A program made the translations under genes and the position numbers. The notes below the pieces were generated by a model that was not told the DNA's origin, made no database searches, and saw only the letters and a list, made by a program, of their open reading frames with translations. 64,000 nt of DNA from Octopus vulgaris (taxonomy: Eukaryota). Positions 13,774 through 27,595 of this stretch are shown here, in pieces (position 1 is the first letter of the stretch; each line of letters begins with the position of its first letter). The stretch spans positions 24,056,001-24,120,000 of the forward strand of contig OX597832.1 in NCBI GenBank assembly GCA_951406725.2. Reading direction: 5' to 3'.

Positions 13774-14339
13774 TGGTGTACATTAAATCATTTAGTTAAC
13801 GTGGAAGTAGCTGAACAATTCGACAGGCACTTGTACTCTTAGCGCGTTTCCGACGCCGAAACGAACGAGCATGACCCGATATCCGAGATAGGGGGGGTAC
13901 TTCGTCCTTTTAATTGCTTCCCCCAATATCTTTTACCCTCGCCTCGGGTTGCTCCCCTCCACCCACCCCCTTGTATGCATTGTGAGTGGGGAAAATCTCA
14001 TCAGAAGGACCTGCACCTTGTAAATTCAAAGGGACCAACCAGCTTTGTCTCCAAACATACGCACATTGTGTGTCGCGTTGGTTCTGGCTGTGGATTTGCG
14101 TTAAGAGTACAAATAATGTCTGTGGAAACGAAATTCTGCCAATTTTCTCGCTAAGATATATAAATTCAGTGAATGTGCAATTCAAAGTGGTGGGAGAGAC
14201 TGGGTCTGTCCATGTGTATTCTAAAATAATATTTATACGAAAGATTAAGAATATGGTAGTAATATACAGATCTGTAGAAAATCGCACAAATATTGAAATA
14301 AATATGAATTAGTATTAATACACGTCTCTTTTCTCTCTC

Positions 14340-14605
14340 TATCTCATATATATATTATATATAAATAATATATATACATATTATATTATGTATATATATA
14401 TATTATAAATAATATATTTATATATTATATATAAATAGTATACTTTTATTCTTTTATGTTTCAGTCCCATGACTGTGGCCATGCTGAAGCTATATATATA
14501 TATATGTATATGTATATATATATGTATATATATATATATGTGTATATATATATGTATGTATATGTATATATATATATATATATATGTTTGTATGTATATG
14601 TGTAT

Positions 14606-14639
<34 letters not shown>

Positions 14640-14739
14640 GTATATATATGTATGTATGTATATATGTATATATATGTATGTATGTATGTGTATATATATG
14701 TATGTATGTATATGTGTATATATATATGTATGTGTGTGT

Positions 14740-14775
<36 letters not shown>

Positions 14776-14802
14776 GTATGTATGTATATATATGTATGTA
14801 TG

Positions 14803-14836
<34 letters not shown>

Positions 14837-14943
14837 TATATATGTGTATGTATATATATGTGCATGTATATATATATGTGCATGTATATATATATGTGCA
14901 TGTATATATATATGTGTATGTATATATATATGTGTATGTATAT

Positions 14944-14977
<34 letters not shown>

Positions 14978-15050
14978 ATATGTATATGTATACATATATA
15001 TATAATGTATATAAATAATATATGTATATATATTATATAAGATATATACA
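14340..15050. repeat. (TA)n/(TATG)n microsatellite with a SINE A tail fragment at 14445-14490
   Basis: Direct reading. Confidence 0.92.
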
Positions 15051-16370
15051 CACGTGTATACATAAATACACGGATGTGTGCTTATACGATCTTCCGTGTG
15101 GTTGCTTATATAACGAACTTGCGCCAATTATGTTCATGATATTTATCTTCGAAAAAAGAAAAACAATAACTAGGTAGAGATTTCAGAATAAGTTAGTTGT
15201 TTGGTGCTTTTAAAAAACTCTTGAATGAATAAATAAATAAATGAATGAATGAATGAATGAATTAGTGAGTGAGTGAATGAGCGAAAGGACAGAAAAATCC
15301 CAGGCCAGGATTTCTTTTATAATACATGTGAATTTACTCGTGGTAAGAGAGGACGGGCTTCATGAGGAGATTAGCAAGTTAAGCCAGTTTCTTTCCCTAT
15401 TCAATTTACCATAGTTGTTTCGGTTTAAAGCAATAGTATTGTTTTCTCATTATTCCATTTCTTTTTTCTTTCTTTTTTTTTTTTTTTGTGGATTTCTTTA
15501 TTAATATTTTTCTATAAATAAATAAAATAAATAAATAATTGGAACATCCTTGTTTCAGAACCGGATTCAATCAGACACACCCCAACGAAATATACACTTT
15601 ATGTATATTTTCGTTTTTTGTTTTTGTTGTTTTTCTCCTATTCTTTTTTGGGTTCCCAAGACACACAAAGGAGAGATATGATGATGATGGTGGTGGTGGT
15701 GGTGGTAGTGGTGGTGGTGGATTACTAGAAGAAATAGAAGTCAAATTTCCCTCGTTTAAAAATGTTAAAAAGGGAAACGTTGGATAAAGGCTGTCGCAGA
15801 AGCAGTGTGGGATGAGGGATGATGAGATTGGACGGTCGTGGTTGGAATGTCCTTTGAACCAAAAGGGGCTTGGCGAGAGACTGACAATAACGTACGTCTA
15901 TTGTTACCAGCGAAGGAGCCTATAAGCGGTCGCCCGTCTTGCTAGAAATATCAACTGAAGCGACACCCTCTCATGTGTAAAAGACGAAAAGTACATATTT
16001 GAATGATGTAGTGACCAAGATGTTGGTGGTGGCGGTGGTGGTCGGGGGGAGTAATAATCAGATGGGATTGTCATGGTTGGATTTAGTAAACAAGGAAATT
16101 TCTACACGGTCGATCGTGCAGCAAGAAATAGCAGCTGAAATTTCCTTCAAAACCAAACCCAACCATCCTAAAGTGGGAAGGAATAGATTGGCCAGTGGTG
16201 GTGGTCTGAAAGATATACTGAAAAATTTGAACGGTCACGGCTAGAATGTCTTTTCTCCTTTGGTCCTTTCGATTAGAATTGCTATCCTAGGGATTAAATA
16301 AATAAACAACGATTTATTGCATGCTTCGATCTATTTAACGTGATTGAGATTACTCGCCATGGAAACTCAC

Positions 16371-16424
16371 CGACGTCTTTCGGTTTTTCGGTCTGGACCG
16401 GGTGTTTCGGCTAATTTTTTTGTG
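16371..16424 (-). other. Candidate 54-nt exon
   Basis: On minus: TCTTACAG acceptor and TCG|GTGAGT donor; length divisible by 3; two open frames (HKKISRNTRSRPKNRKTS or TKKLAETPGPDRKTERR). Confidence 0.25.
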
Positions 16425-16471
16425 CTGTAAGACTTAATTGTGCAATTAGAAGTTTGCTACGTATACGATTG

Positions 16472-16526
<55 letters not shown>

Positions 16527-16573
16527 TCGTATATAATTATTGTTATTATAAAGGATGGCAATGTTTCGTTTAA

Positions 16574-16610
<37 letters not shown>

Positions 16611-16711
16611 ACACACGCATACATATATATATATAATGGATAAATGATATCCCTTAGTGGGTTACACCCAAAACCCCTATCTTACCTCGTATTTTTTATA
16701 TTTATATATAT

Positions 16712-17120
16712 ACTCTCTTTTACTCTTTACTCTTTTACTTGTTTCAGTCATTTGACTGAGGCCATGCAGGAGCATCGCCTTTAGTCGAGCAAATCGACCC
16801 CAGGACTTATTCTTTTGTAAGCCCAGTACTTATTCTGTCGGTCTCTTTTGCCGAACCGCTAAGTAACGGGGACATAAACACACCAGCATCGGTTGTCAAG
16901 CAATGCTAGGGGGACAAACACAGACACCAAACACATACACACATATATATATATATATACGACAGGCTTCTTTCAGTTTCCGTCTACCAAATCCACTCAC
17001 AAGGCATTGGTCGGCCCGGGGCTATAGCAGAAGACACTTGCCCAAGATGCCACGCAGTGGGACTGAACCCGGAACCATGTGGTTGGTTAGCAAGCTACTT
17101 ACCACACAGCCACTCCTGCG

Positions 17121-17122
<2 letters not shown>
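16712..17122 (-). mobile_element. SINE family A, full length
   Basis: Head GGCGCAGGAGTGGCTGTGTGG through repeated GTAAA(A)GA tail. Confidence 0.93.
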
Positions 17123-17195
<73 letters not shown>

Positions 17196-17199
<4 letters not shown>

Positions 17200-17577
17200 G
17201 CATTGTAAGCTACACCAATGCTAGAACGGGACGATACTGCATAGTGCCAAAGATCCCAGCAATGCCATCACGCTTCAGGACCAGCTTCTGCAACAGCCTG
17301 GGTTTCAAGGGCCCACAGCTTTTTAATATTCTCCCAAAGAGTCTGAGGAACTTGCACTAAGTAGATGTAGCGGTTTTTAAATCAAAGCTGGACATCTTCC
17401 TGTCAAGAGTCCCAGATGAACCTACCTCACGGCAAGAGGTGCAAATGAGAGTAGCTGTATCAAACTCCATTCTTCACCAAGTGCCACATATTAGACAAGG
17501 TTCGTCGCAATAACAGTGTAGCACAAAACGGCGGTGCATCAGCATGGCCGCAGCTCTGAGCTGAAACTAGAAAGAAA

Positions 17578-17580
<3 letters not shown>
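17196..17580 (+). mobile_element. CR1-clade LINE 3' fragment
   Basis: Translates YTNARTGRYCIVPKIP...GPQLFNILPKSLRNL*VDVAVFKSKLDIFLSRVPDEP...AVSNSILHQ, homologous to the C-terminus at 18235-18600; followed by a short 3' UTR. Confidence 0.85.
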
Positions 17581-17642
<62 letters not shown>

Positions 17643-17698
17643 CGGAGATGTACTCGCATAGCAAGTGATTTGATCTGAGATCGTGTGCTGAAACGAAA

Positions 17699-17905
17699 AC
17701 AATTGCAGCGTGGAAGGTGTTTGTAAGCCATTTAAGAAACACACAAAAGCCGTTCGATTCACTTCAACATTTAAGTTTAATTTGTCAAAATATTTTCGTC
17801 GCTAAAATCCGGATTTTGACAAATTAAACTTAAATGTTGAAGTGAATCGAACGGCTTTTGTGTGTTTCTTAAATGGCTTACAAACACCTTCCACGCTGCA
17901 ATTGT
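17699..17905. repeat. 93-bp inverted repeat with 21-bp spacer
   Basis: Arms 17699-17791 and 17813-17905 read as exact reverse complements. Confidence 0.92.
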
Positions 17906-18092
17906 ATATATATATAATAGTGTATATTTAAACACAAACACAAACATAGTAAAAGTTTTTTTTATTTTTTCATTCCCTTTGAAATTGCTTAAATTTTGTG
18001 GTCTTCGGTTGTTTTGACTGTCTCCTAGCATGTAGAAATTTCCTGTTATAGGTAATTTCTCTTTGTGTTTTAAATGTACACTAAGTGTGTGT

Positions 18093-18230
<138 letters not shown>

Positions 18231-18641
18231 GTATCTGCCTTTGTCCCTGCTTTTGGTACATTTGGTGTATAAGGGAGTTTGATTCTGCTACCCTCATCTG
18301 TGCCTCATGTTGGGCTGTTGGTTCATCTGGTATTGTGGAGAGGAAGATGTTGAGCCCCCTTTTGAAGACATCTACTTCCACCTTATGCAAATGTCTTGAT
18401 TTTTGTGGCAATGCATTGAAGAGCTGTGAGTTTTTTTGAACCCTATACTATTTCAGTACCTGGTCCTGAATTTAGTTGGAGTGGATGGTGCCTTCGGTAC
18501 AATGCAATTGCAGCCAGTTCTGGCATTTGTATAACACTCAATGCCAAAGTTAGGTACTAGCCCTTCTAGGATTTTCCATATGTATATTATTGCATATCTC
18601 TCATGCCTTCGCTCCAGGGAGTGAAGCTGTAGTTTTCTCAG

Positions 18642-18973
18642 CCTGCCAGCGCTGCCCCGACTGGCCTCGTGCCGGTGGCACATAAAAAGCACCATCCGAT
18701 CGTGGCCGTTTGCCAGCCTCGCCTGGGCCCCATGCCGGTGGCACGTAAAAAGCACCATCCGATCGTGGCCGTTTGCCAGCCTCATCTGGCACGTAAAAAG
18801 CACCCACTACACTCACGGAGTGGTTGGCGTTAGGAAGGGCATCCAGCCATAGAAACATTGCCAGATCAGACTGGGCTTGGTGCAGCCTCCTGGCTTCCCA
18901 GACTCCAGTTGAACCGTCCAACCCATGCTAGCATGGAAAGCGGATGCTAAACGATGATGATGATGATGATGAT
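18642..18973 (+). mobile_element. SINE-like family C inserted in the CR1
   Basis: Two tandem ~60 bp GTGCCGGTGGCAC units, family core, (GAT)n tail. Confidence 0.9.
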
Positions 18974-20544
18974 CCCTGTAGCTCATCCACTGCACTGTTT
19001 AAATTTTTGTAGTGTAGTGGCATTAGACTGCTTCAAACTCTGCTGTTTGTTTGGCACTATGTGGGGACCATAACTGGGAGCAGAACAAAAGTTCTCCACA
19101 GGGTCAACATAGTTTCTTGGTCCCTTGTCTTGAAGGACCTCAGTATCCATCCTGCCAGTTGTCTACACTTTGCTGCCATCTTGCTAATGTGCATATAAAT
19201 GCGTCATTGCACATACTGATCCCTAAGTCTTTCACTGCCTGAGACTCTGGGATTGTAGTGCCTTCAGGTCCTGTATATGTAGATTGTACTGTATTCATGA
19301 GCTGTTAGTGCAGTGCTTGAAATTTCCCAGCATTAAACGCATGTTGTTTATTTTGGCCCACTTGTATATTGAATTTAGGTCCTGCTGTAAGCTTGTGACA
19401 TCATCTTGGTTTTTTTTATTGCCTGTGATATTTTGTATCATCGGCATAGCTAGTGGCAGTGGCTGTCCGAGTGACCGTGGGCATATATCTAAGAGGGCTA
19501 TTATGAACAGTAATAGCCCCAGAACAGTTCCCTGTGGGACTTCACTTAGGATTTGAGTTTCCTCAGAAAGGGAACCGTTGGCTGCATCTTCCTGACTTCT
19601 GTGTTTAAGGAAGTCATGCAGCCACTTTCCCAGTTTACCAGCAATGCCAAGGTCACAGAGCTTATGGCTCATCCTGCCATGATCTACCAATCAAATGCTT
19701 TTGTAAAGTCAGTGTATATCACACTGATATCTGAATGGTCAAGTAGCTGCTTCAAAACCCAGTCATAGTACTGTAGGAGCTGTGTGAGGCAGCTTCTTCC
19801 TGGACGGAAGCCATGCTGTGTAGTGTTCAGTAGGTCATTTTCTTCCAGGAACATTCTCAACTTCTTTCTGATGATTCGCTCCATGACTTTACTTATATGC
19901 GAAGTCAGAGAGATTGGCCTGTAGTTTCTGGCCTTGGCTCTGCTTCCATCTTTGAGGATAGAGCATATATTGCCTTCTTTCAGCTTTTGGGGAAGTTTAC
20001 CACTTGCAAGGAAACTTTGGAAAAGTATCTGAAGTGGTTTCGCAAAAGCCTGCTTACATGACTTCAGGAGAATAGCTGGGAAGCCATCAGGACCAGTGGC
20101 GGAGCATGAGCTCATTTCATGGATGGCCGCTGTTACATCTGTTTCCGCAATGTTGATGTAATTGATGGCTGGCGCCTCCTTTTATAGAGCTGCAATTTAA
20201 AAAAAATTCAGCTGGATTTTTTATTTGCATGTTTCCAAGTGGAGAAGTGAAGACATTTTTAAATTGTTCACGGAATATCCCACTTAATCCTTCCTGGGTC
20301 TGCTGTCAGTGAGTCATTTCCTTGGAACAATGGTCATATTTTTAATTTACTGTGGCTGTTTCCTTTGCAAATTTATAGAAAGCTTTGGGATTTGTTTTTA
20401 TGCTTTCCATGGCCCTTTTTTTCTCTCTCTGCTCTTTCTCTTTCGTGAGAGAGTTTGATCTTGTTTTCAATTTCTAGGATCGTCTGTGTTAAGATAGACT
20501 TTTCTCTATCCTTTAGTTACCTATTCAGCTGCTTTGAGATCTGT

Positions 20545-20945
20545 ACTCTTTTACTTGTTTCAGTCATGTGACTGTGGCCATGCTGGAGCACCGCCTTTAG
20601 TCGAGCAAATCGACCGCAGGACTTATTCTTTGTAAGCCTTGTACTTATTCTATCGGTCTCTCTTGCCGAACCGCTAAGTTATGGGACATAAACACATCAG
20701 CATCGGTTGTCAAACGATGTTGAGGGGACAAACACAGGCACACAAATGTATACACACACACACACATATACATATATATACACGACAGGCTTCTTTCAGT
20801 TTCCGTCTACCAAATCCACTCACAAGGCTTTGGTTGGCCTGAGGCTATAGTAGATGACACTTGCCCAAGGTGCCATGCAGTGGGACTGAACCCAGAACCG
20901 TGTGGTTCGTAAGCAAGCTACTTACCACACAGCCACTCTTGCCCC
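20545..20945 (-). mobile_element. SINE family A inserted in the CR1
   Basis: Matches family A along its length. Confidence 0.92.
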
Positions 20946-21003
20946 TATAGACTTTGTGGACTTTTCTATCCCTGGGAATCTTGCTTGACGGTATGCTGGC
21001 CTT

Positions 21004-21216
21004 GATGGCAAGCTGGCAGAAACGTTAGCACACCGGGCGAAATGCGTAGCCGTATTTCGTCTGCCGTTACGTTCTGAGTTCAAATTCCGCCAAGGTCGAC
21101 TTTGCCTTTCATCCTTTCGGGGTCAATAAATTAAGTACCAGTTACGCACTGGGGTCGATGTAATCGACTTAATCCGTTTGTCCTTGTTTGTCCCGTCTGT
21201 GGATAGTAAAGAAATA
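21004..21216 (+). mobile_element. SINE family B inserted in the CR1, with TSD
   Basis: GGTATGCTGGCCTT (20990-21003) and GGTAGGCTGGCCTT (21217-21230). Confidence 0.92.
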
Positions 21217-22088
21217 GGTAGGCTGGCCTTTCTTTCTGTGATACATTTAATGCATATAGCTTGCACTGTTGACATAAACTGGCTGAATTTCAGATCAATG
21301 TCTTGCATACACACAATGTTGGACCAGTTTCGTTTGTGGATCTCTTTGCAGATTGGTTCCCATTTTGCCTTGTAGAAATTCAGGTTGGATAAGGCTTGAG
21401 TCCTCCTGATAGGGTATATACCAACAGTTCCTGCAGGACCATACATAGTTAGTTCAACGGCGTTGGTATCTGAGAGTGCCGTTGGTTTCACCTTCACATT
21501 ATGGATAAGGTCCACATTATTTATGAAGCATAGTTCCAATATGTTGTTTCCCCTGGTTGGCCTGAGTATCACATGCTCCATGAACAGCTTTTTAGTAAGT
21601 TCAAATAATGACTCTACATGCTTGTGTTCATGCAGTGACATCCCAGAGAGGACGTGGCCTTCTGGCCAGTTGACATGTAGGAGGTTGAAATCACCCAGGA
21701 AGAGTACATTGATGTTCTGATCTAGATTTCTTTATCCCTCTTCGATATGTTTGAGGCTATCCTCAAATTTTCCATCATGTTTCATGGTATTTGGTGCACG
21801 ATATATTGTGCATACAGGCTACATCACCTTGCTTTTATATGTATTATTAAGGTGTCAAGGTGTCGCAAACTGAGTTTGAATGTGACAGTAACACATGAGG
21901 TGTGACACCTTCGTGGATGTATATAGCAACTCCACCGTGGCTTTTTTCTCCTTTGTCTGTACGAAATACAGCATACCCGGGTATGTGCACTTCTGCATGT
22001 GTTATATCAGGGCCTTAATGTGTTTCAGTGAGTGCCATGCATATTGCTTGATTGCATGTAGCAAGTGCTTTTAGATAGAGAATTTTAC

Positions 22089-22155
<67 letters not shown>

Positions 22156-22273
22156 CATACATATATGTATACACATACACACACAAACATGAGATAGAGA
22201 GAGGAAAGGCAAAATACACAATTATGTTTAAGTCCATGTTTTATTGTTAGCAAAGTATATGTATCTGTGTGTA

Positions 22274-22319
<46 letters not shown>

Positions 22320-22491
22320 TGAATATATATACACCTGAATATATAGATATATATATATACATGAATATATATGCATATATATATATATAAATTTATATAT
22401 ATGTATGTACATACATATATATACATCTCTCTCTCTCTCTATCATCATCATCATCGTTTAGCGTCCGTTTTCCATGCTAGCATGGGTTGGA

Positions 22492-22557
<66 letters not shown>

Positions 22558-22849
22558 GTATATGAACATGTATTCTCATTTTGATCACTGATATAAAATA
22601 GGTTTCTATATTTTAATGGGCAGAGTTAAGATGCAGCCACGAAAGGCGCATAAAACCGAATCCAATTGAATTTTGATTCCCTTTCATGTGTCTCTATTGT
22701 ATCTGTATCCACTCTTAGTTATTTGCACAACTATATACACACAAGCACGTGTGCATGTGTGTCTGTGTGTGTACATTATTAACACGCATGCCAGTGCGAA
22801 ACTGCTCTTCAAAGATAAGATTTTTAGTAATTCATATTACAATTATATT

Positions 22850-22861
<12 letters not shown>

Positions 22862-22932
<71 letters not shown>

Positions 22933-23267
22933 TAGATAGATAGAGAGATAGATAGATAGATATAGAGATAGATAGATAGATAGATATATATATAGATAGA
23001 TAGAGATAGATAGATAGATAGATAGATAGAGATAGATAGATAGATAGATAGATATAGAGATAGATAGATAGATAGATATAGAGATAGATAGATATATAGA
23101 GAGATAAATAGATATAGATATAGAGAGAGATAAATAGATAGATATATATAGATATAGATATATATATAGAGATAAATAGATAGATATATATATATATAGA
23201 GATAAATAGATAGATAGATATATATATAGATAGATATAGATATATATATATAGATAAATAGATAGAT

Positions 23268-23300
<33 letters not shown>
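22862..23300. repeat. (TA)n and (TAGA)n microsatellite
   Basis: Direct reading. Confidence 0.95.
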
Positions 23301-23305
<5 letters not shown>

Positions 23306-24289
23306 TGATAATATGTGTGTTTGTATACACAATACTCGCGCGTGCTGTGTAATTCTTTGACAAGTTAAAGAATGTAGAAATTGCGCTAAAAAAAACCAAG
23401 CCTGGTTCTTTTTTATTCCCTTGTAAATTTAAAAGACAAAAGACCAAAAAAAAAAAAAGTGTTTATTGTAAATATTAAATTCTGCTGTCGTTGCATTTAT
23501 GAAATAAAACTGTCATTTAATTCGGCGTCAGTCTTCGAGAAAGTCTGTAGAGTATATTCTCTAAGTGTTTTGTTGCCTGAAGGTGAAGCGACTTTTTCAT
23601 GTTTGGCGAGACGTGATGTTGGGTGATATTTAGCCGTTATTTCTAGCTATCTTACACCGAGTGACCACATAGAAGGCTCCCTTGTTATGTAGTGGGCGAT
23701 ATTATTGTGGTTTTAGTGTTTATGTGTCGTGTTATTTTTCTCTCTGTGGTCGAACGCACTTTTAATTAAGATGTTCCAACTACGACCGTTCTAATTCTTT
23801 TTTTTTTCTTTTCCGTTTTCGTTTTTGGGTGACGAAATGTAAGGAGATTTGGCTGTTGTTTCTAGCTGTCCACACCACAGAAGGCTCCCTTGTTGTGTAG
23901 TGGGTGGCGTTAAGTGTGTTTTGTGTAGTGTGTGGTGATGATTACTGTGTCTTGATAAATATTTTGGAGTGTCTTGTTTATTATTGTGATATTTCTGTCC
24001 ATTTGATGTCCACTTCATCTCTGCCCCTGTGGCGAATAAATTTATTATTATTATTATTGTTATTATTATGCTAAGGTAGTGTAGTGCTTGTTCTGTATTT
24101 AGGGATGTGTACTGAAAGAGAGAAAGAAAATAGTGTGTATTTATATGTGTGTGTGTATGTATTAGACACATAGTGTAATGAAGATAATATTGCCAACTGC
24201 TTTGCTAGAATTATCTTCTTGTCACAGCATTGTGTTCGCGCGCGCGCGCGATCTCGCACTCTTTTCTCTGACAGCGTGGTTTTAATTAC

Positions 24290-24612
24290 ATATATATGTA
24301 TATATATATATATATAATTAATACAAACACGTACACTTTTATATACATATATATCTACACATATATGCACTCATACATATACATTACACACACAAACATA
24401 TATATATATACATACACACATATATATATATATGTATACTCTTTACTCTTTTACTTGTTTCAGTCATTTGACTGTGGCCATGCTGGAGCATACATACATA
24501 TATACATACATACATACACATATAAATATATATATATATATGTACACATATATGTATGTATATATATATATATATACATGTGTATGTATATATATATATA
24601 TACATGTGTATG

Positions 24613-24645
<33 letters not shown>

Positions 24646-24677
24646 GTGTATGTATGTGTATATATATATATATATAC

Positions 24678-24708
<31 letters not shown>

Positions 24709-24749
24709 ACATACACATATACACATATATGTATGTATATATATATATG

Positions 24750-24801
<52 letters not shown>

Positions 24802-24840
24802 CATACACACATACATACGTATATATCTACATGTATGCAA

Positions 24841-24906
<66 letters not shown>

Positions 24907-24910
24907 TTAC
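24290..24910. repeat. Compound TA/CA/TG microsatellite with a SINE A tail fragment at 24437-24490
   Basis: Direct reading. Confidence 0.92.
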
Positions 24911-25702
24911 ATACAGAGTGGAGGAGTGAGTATTCAATGAAAATAGCAGTGTTTATTTCTTGGACCCGAGTCTTTCCTTTTTCGCCGCTACTCTGAGCAA
25001 CTCGGGGGGAAAACCTCGCTGTTGTATACACACACAAACACACACACACACACACATATATATAAACACGAATGCATGCACGTACTCGTAATGTTCTTTG
25101 CTCGTTTCTATAACATCTAGCGATCTCTCTCCTAGGCTTGTCTATTGATCTGGCATTGGTTCGCTTACTACTGCTGCTATTGTTGTTCATATTCGTTGCT
25201 TGTCAAAACCAATTTCATATCAGAACCGTTGTATATATATATGGGTGATGTTGGCCGTCGCTGTTCAACCCCAGGTCAGCTCCGAACGAGCAGACCTATG
25301 ATGATGAAAAGGCGTTGTTGCAACCGTGACGACCAAATCTCGTCTTGGAGAAAGGGGGATTTTCCATTTTTGTTTTTTGGGTCTTTCTTTTTTTTTTTTT
25401 TGTATATTTGGATTATGGTCATCACTGTAGGCTTTACTTTAGTTTAATTGATTAATTAATTAATTAAGATTTCGTCTGCTGTTTCTAGCTGGTCGTGCGA
25501 CCGATTATCGCGTCGAGGTTCCCTTCCTTTTCAGGTGGGGAAAATCTGATGAGTGAAGGTGGGGGAGAGAGAGGGTTTCTAGGCAGATTCATATCACAAT
25601 CAAGTACACGAAATACCCTAACGAAGTGTGTTCGGAACACGATTGTGTTTATATATATACCTACATGCCGAAACTTCGCCTATATACCTAGCATCTATGC
25701 AA

Positions 25703-25759
<57 letters not shown>

Positions 25760-25761
<2 letters not shown>

Positions 25762-25900
25762 TCTTTACTCTTTTACTTGTTTCAGTCATTCGACTGTGGC
25801 CATGCTGGAGCACCGCCTTTAGTCGAGCAAATCGACCCCAGGACTTATTCTTTGTAAGCCTGGTACTTATTCTATCTGTCTGTTTTGCCGAACCGCTAAG
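25760..25900 (-). mobile_element. SINE family A 3' fragment
   Basis: CTCTTTTACTTGTTTCAGTCATT...GCCGAACCGCTAAG. Confidence 0.85.
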
Positions 25901-25955
25901 AGAACTTACTATACACATACAATACATACATACACACACAATATATATATATATA

Positions 25956-26067
<112 letters not shown>

Positions 26068-26628
26068 CACACATTGTGTGTATGTATGTATTGTATGTGT
26101 GTATAGTAAGTTCTCTGCGTTATATACACACACGCACACGCATGTATGGTAGTTGTGTTTAAACGAGATTGTACTTGTACAATAACCTCTCACACACACA
26201 CACACACACGGAATGGTGTGTTTTGGTTCGGCGTGAAGTAGCTGTTTCGAAACGAGGTGTTGTTTCGCTCTTTCGAATATTGATTTCTCTGCCGTATACC
26301 GAAGGAAGCCACAAAGGCTCTCAGATTCTATTAAGGCAATGTTGATGATGAGGGTAGTGATGGTGATGGTGGTGGGTGAGAGAAGCGGGGGGGGAAGGGT
26401 GTGTGAGCAGACGAAGTGTACGATGTGAATTGGTGATGTTCGTGTTGTGTCCCCCCCTCCTCGGCCCTTTGTGTCTAGATCGGAATGGTTAGGAGCGGGG
26501 GGGGGGTGCGACAATAAAAGGGGATTGGAAATATTTTCAGCGGGAACCAAGGACCTCGAGGAATCTATTTCACTTCCTGTATGCCTCGTTTGTGTTTTGT
26601 TATATAAACACACGCACACACGCAGACT

Positions 26629-26665
<37 letters not shown>

Positions 26666-26852
26666 CCACATAATTCTTTGTCTAGGGTTCTCCATGGAAT
26701 CCGATTCTCTCTCCCTCACTTCTCTACCTATTGTGGACGTATATTTACACATACATACATATATATACATAAAATTTGTGTGTATATACACACACTGATA
26801 TATGTAGATGTGTGTCTATATTTTACCTACACACACACACACACACACACAC

Positions 26853-26893
<41 letters not shown>

Positions 26894-27021
26894 AACTAAT
26901 ACATAAATTTATTCATACAAATATAAACATGCATAAATGTCTGCGTGTGTGTATATATAAGACCTGTGTTTATATATAACTTATACACATATGTGTCTGT
27001 GTATATATATATGTATTTGTG

Positions 27022-27066
<45 letters not shown>

Positions 27067-27093
27067 TATATATATATTATATTTATATATATA

Positions 27094-27237
27094 TAGTTTA
27101 GGACAATCAGTAAGTTGTCATAATAGAACTCAGAGTTTCGAATCCCGGAGCTAAGATCGTCTCAATAGCCGATGAAAATACCTAGAGCCCCTTAGCTCCG
27201 AGTTCTATTATGATATCTTACTGATTGTCCTATACTA
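27094..27237. mobile_element. Fold-back/MITE-like element in (TA)n
   Basis: ~38 bp arms (27094-27131 and 27200-27237) with about 3 mismatches, plus inner stem GGAGCTAAG/CTTAGCTCC. Confidence 0.7.
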
Positions 27238-27259
27238 TATATATATACCTTAAATCCTT

Positions 27260-27325
27260 AAAAACGTTTCAGTCCGAAAGCTGCGGCCATGCTGGGGCAT
27301 CACCGTTGAACGTGCTACACTAGTA
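27260..27325 (-). mobile_element. CR1 3' UTR remnant
   Basis: Minus strand AGTGTAGCAC...AACGGTGATGCCCCAGCATGGCCGCAGCT resembles 17514-17560. Confidence 0.65.
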
Positions 27326-27340
27326 TGTGAAACCACCTCT

Positions 27341-27397
<57 letters not shown>

Positions 27398-27547
27398 TCG
27401 TCTATTTACATAATATCGAGGTCTCATTCATTCTTTTGTCTTTTTATTATTAATTAATTTATAGGTATATATATATTTGTGTGTGTGGAAACAAAAGTGC
27501 ATTTGTAGCATATAGCATCGCGCCCCCTTTACTACACACAAATCTAC

Positions 27548-27595
<48 letters not shown>

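Larger units (their letters stand above)
18232..22080 (-). mobile_element. CR1-clade LINE ORF2 pseudogene (APE endonuclease plus RT) interrupted by three SINEs
   Basis: ALTETH, IPGYAVFRTD, HGGVAIY, LGDFN endonuclease motifs; ATGPDGFPAILLK, NYRPISLTSHISKVMERII, QHGFRPGRSCLTQLL, DFTKAFD, VPQGTVLG RT motifs; frameshifts and stops. Confidence 0.93.

Noticed and set aside
13910-14312. Overlapping 125 aa and 108 aa ORFs in unique DNA
   Set aside because: Non-ATG starts, no recognisable domain, no convincing splice signals; more likely regulatory DNA
18690-18760. CCAGCCTCGCCTGG resemblance to the HDV ribozyme P3/L3
   Set aside because: Could not build P1, P2 and P1.1 pairings
25545-25580. Other CTGATGA hits (also near 3470, 13997 minus, 19868, 31876) as hammerheads
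   Set aside because: No stem II followed by GAAA and no stem I partner
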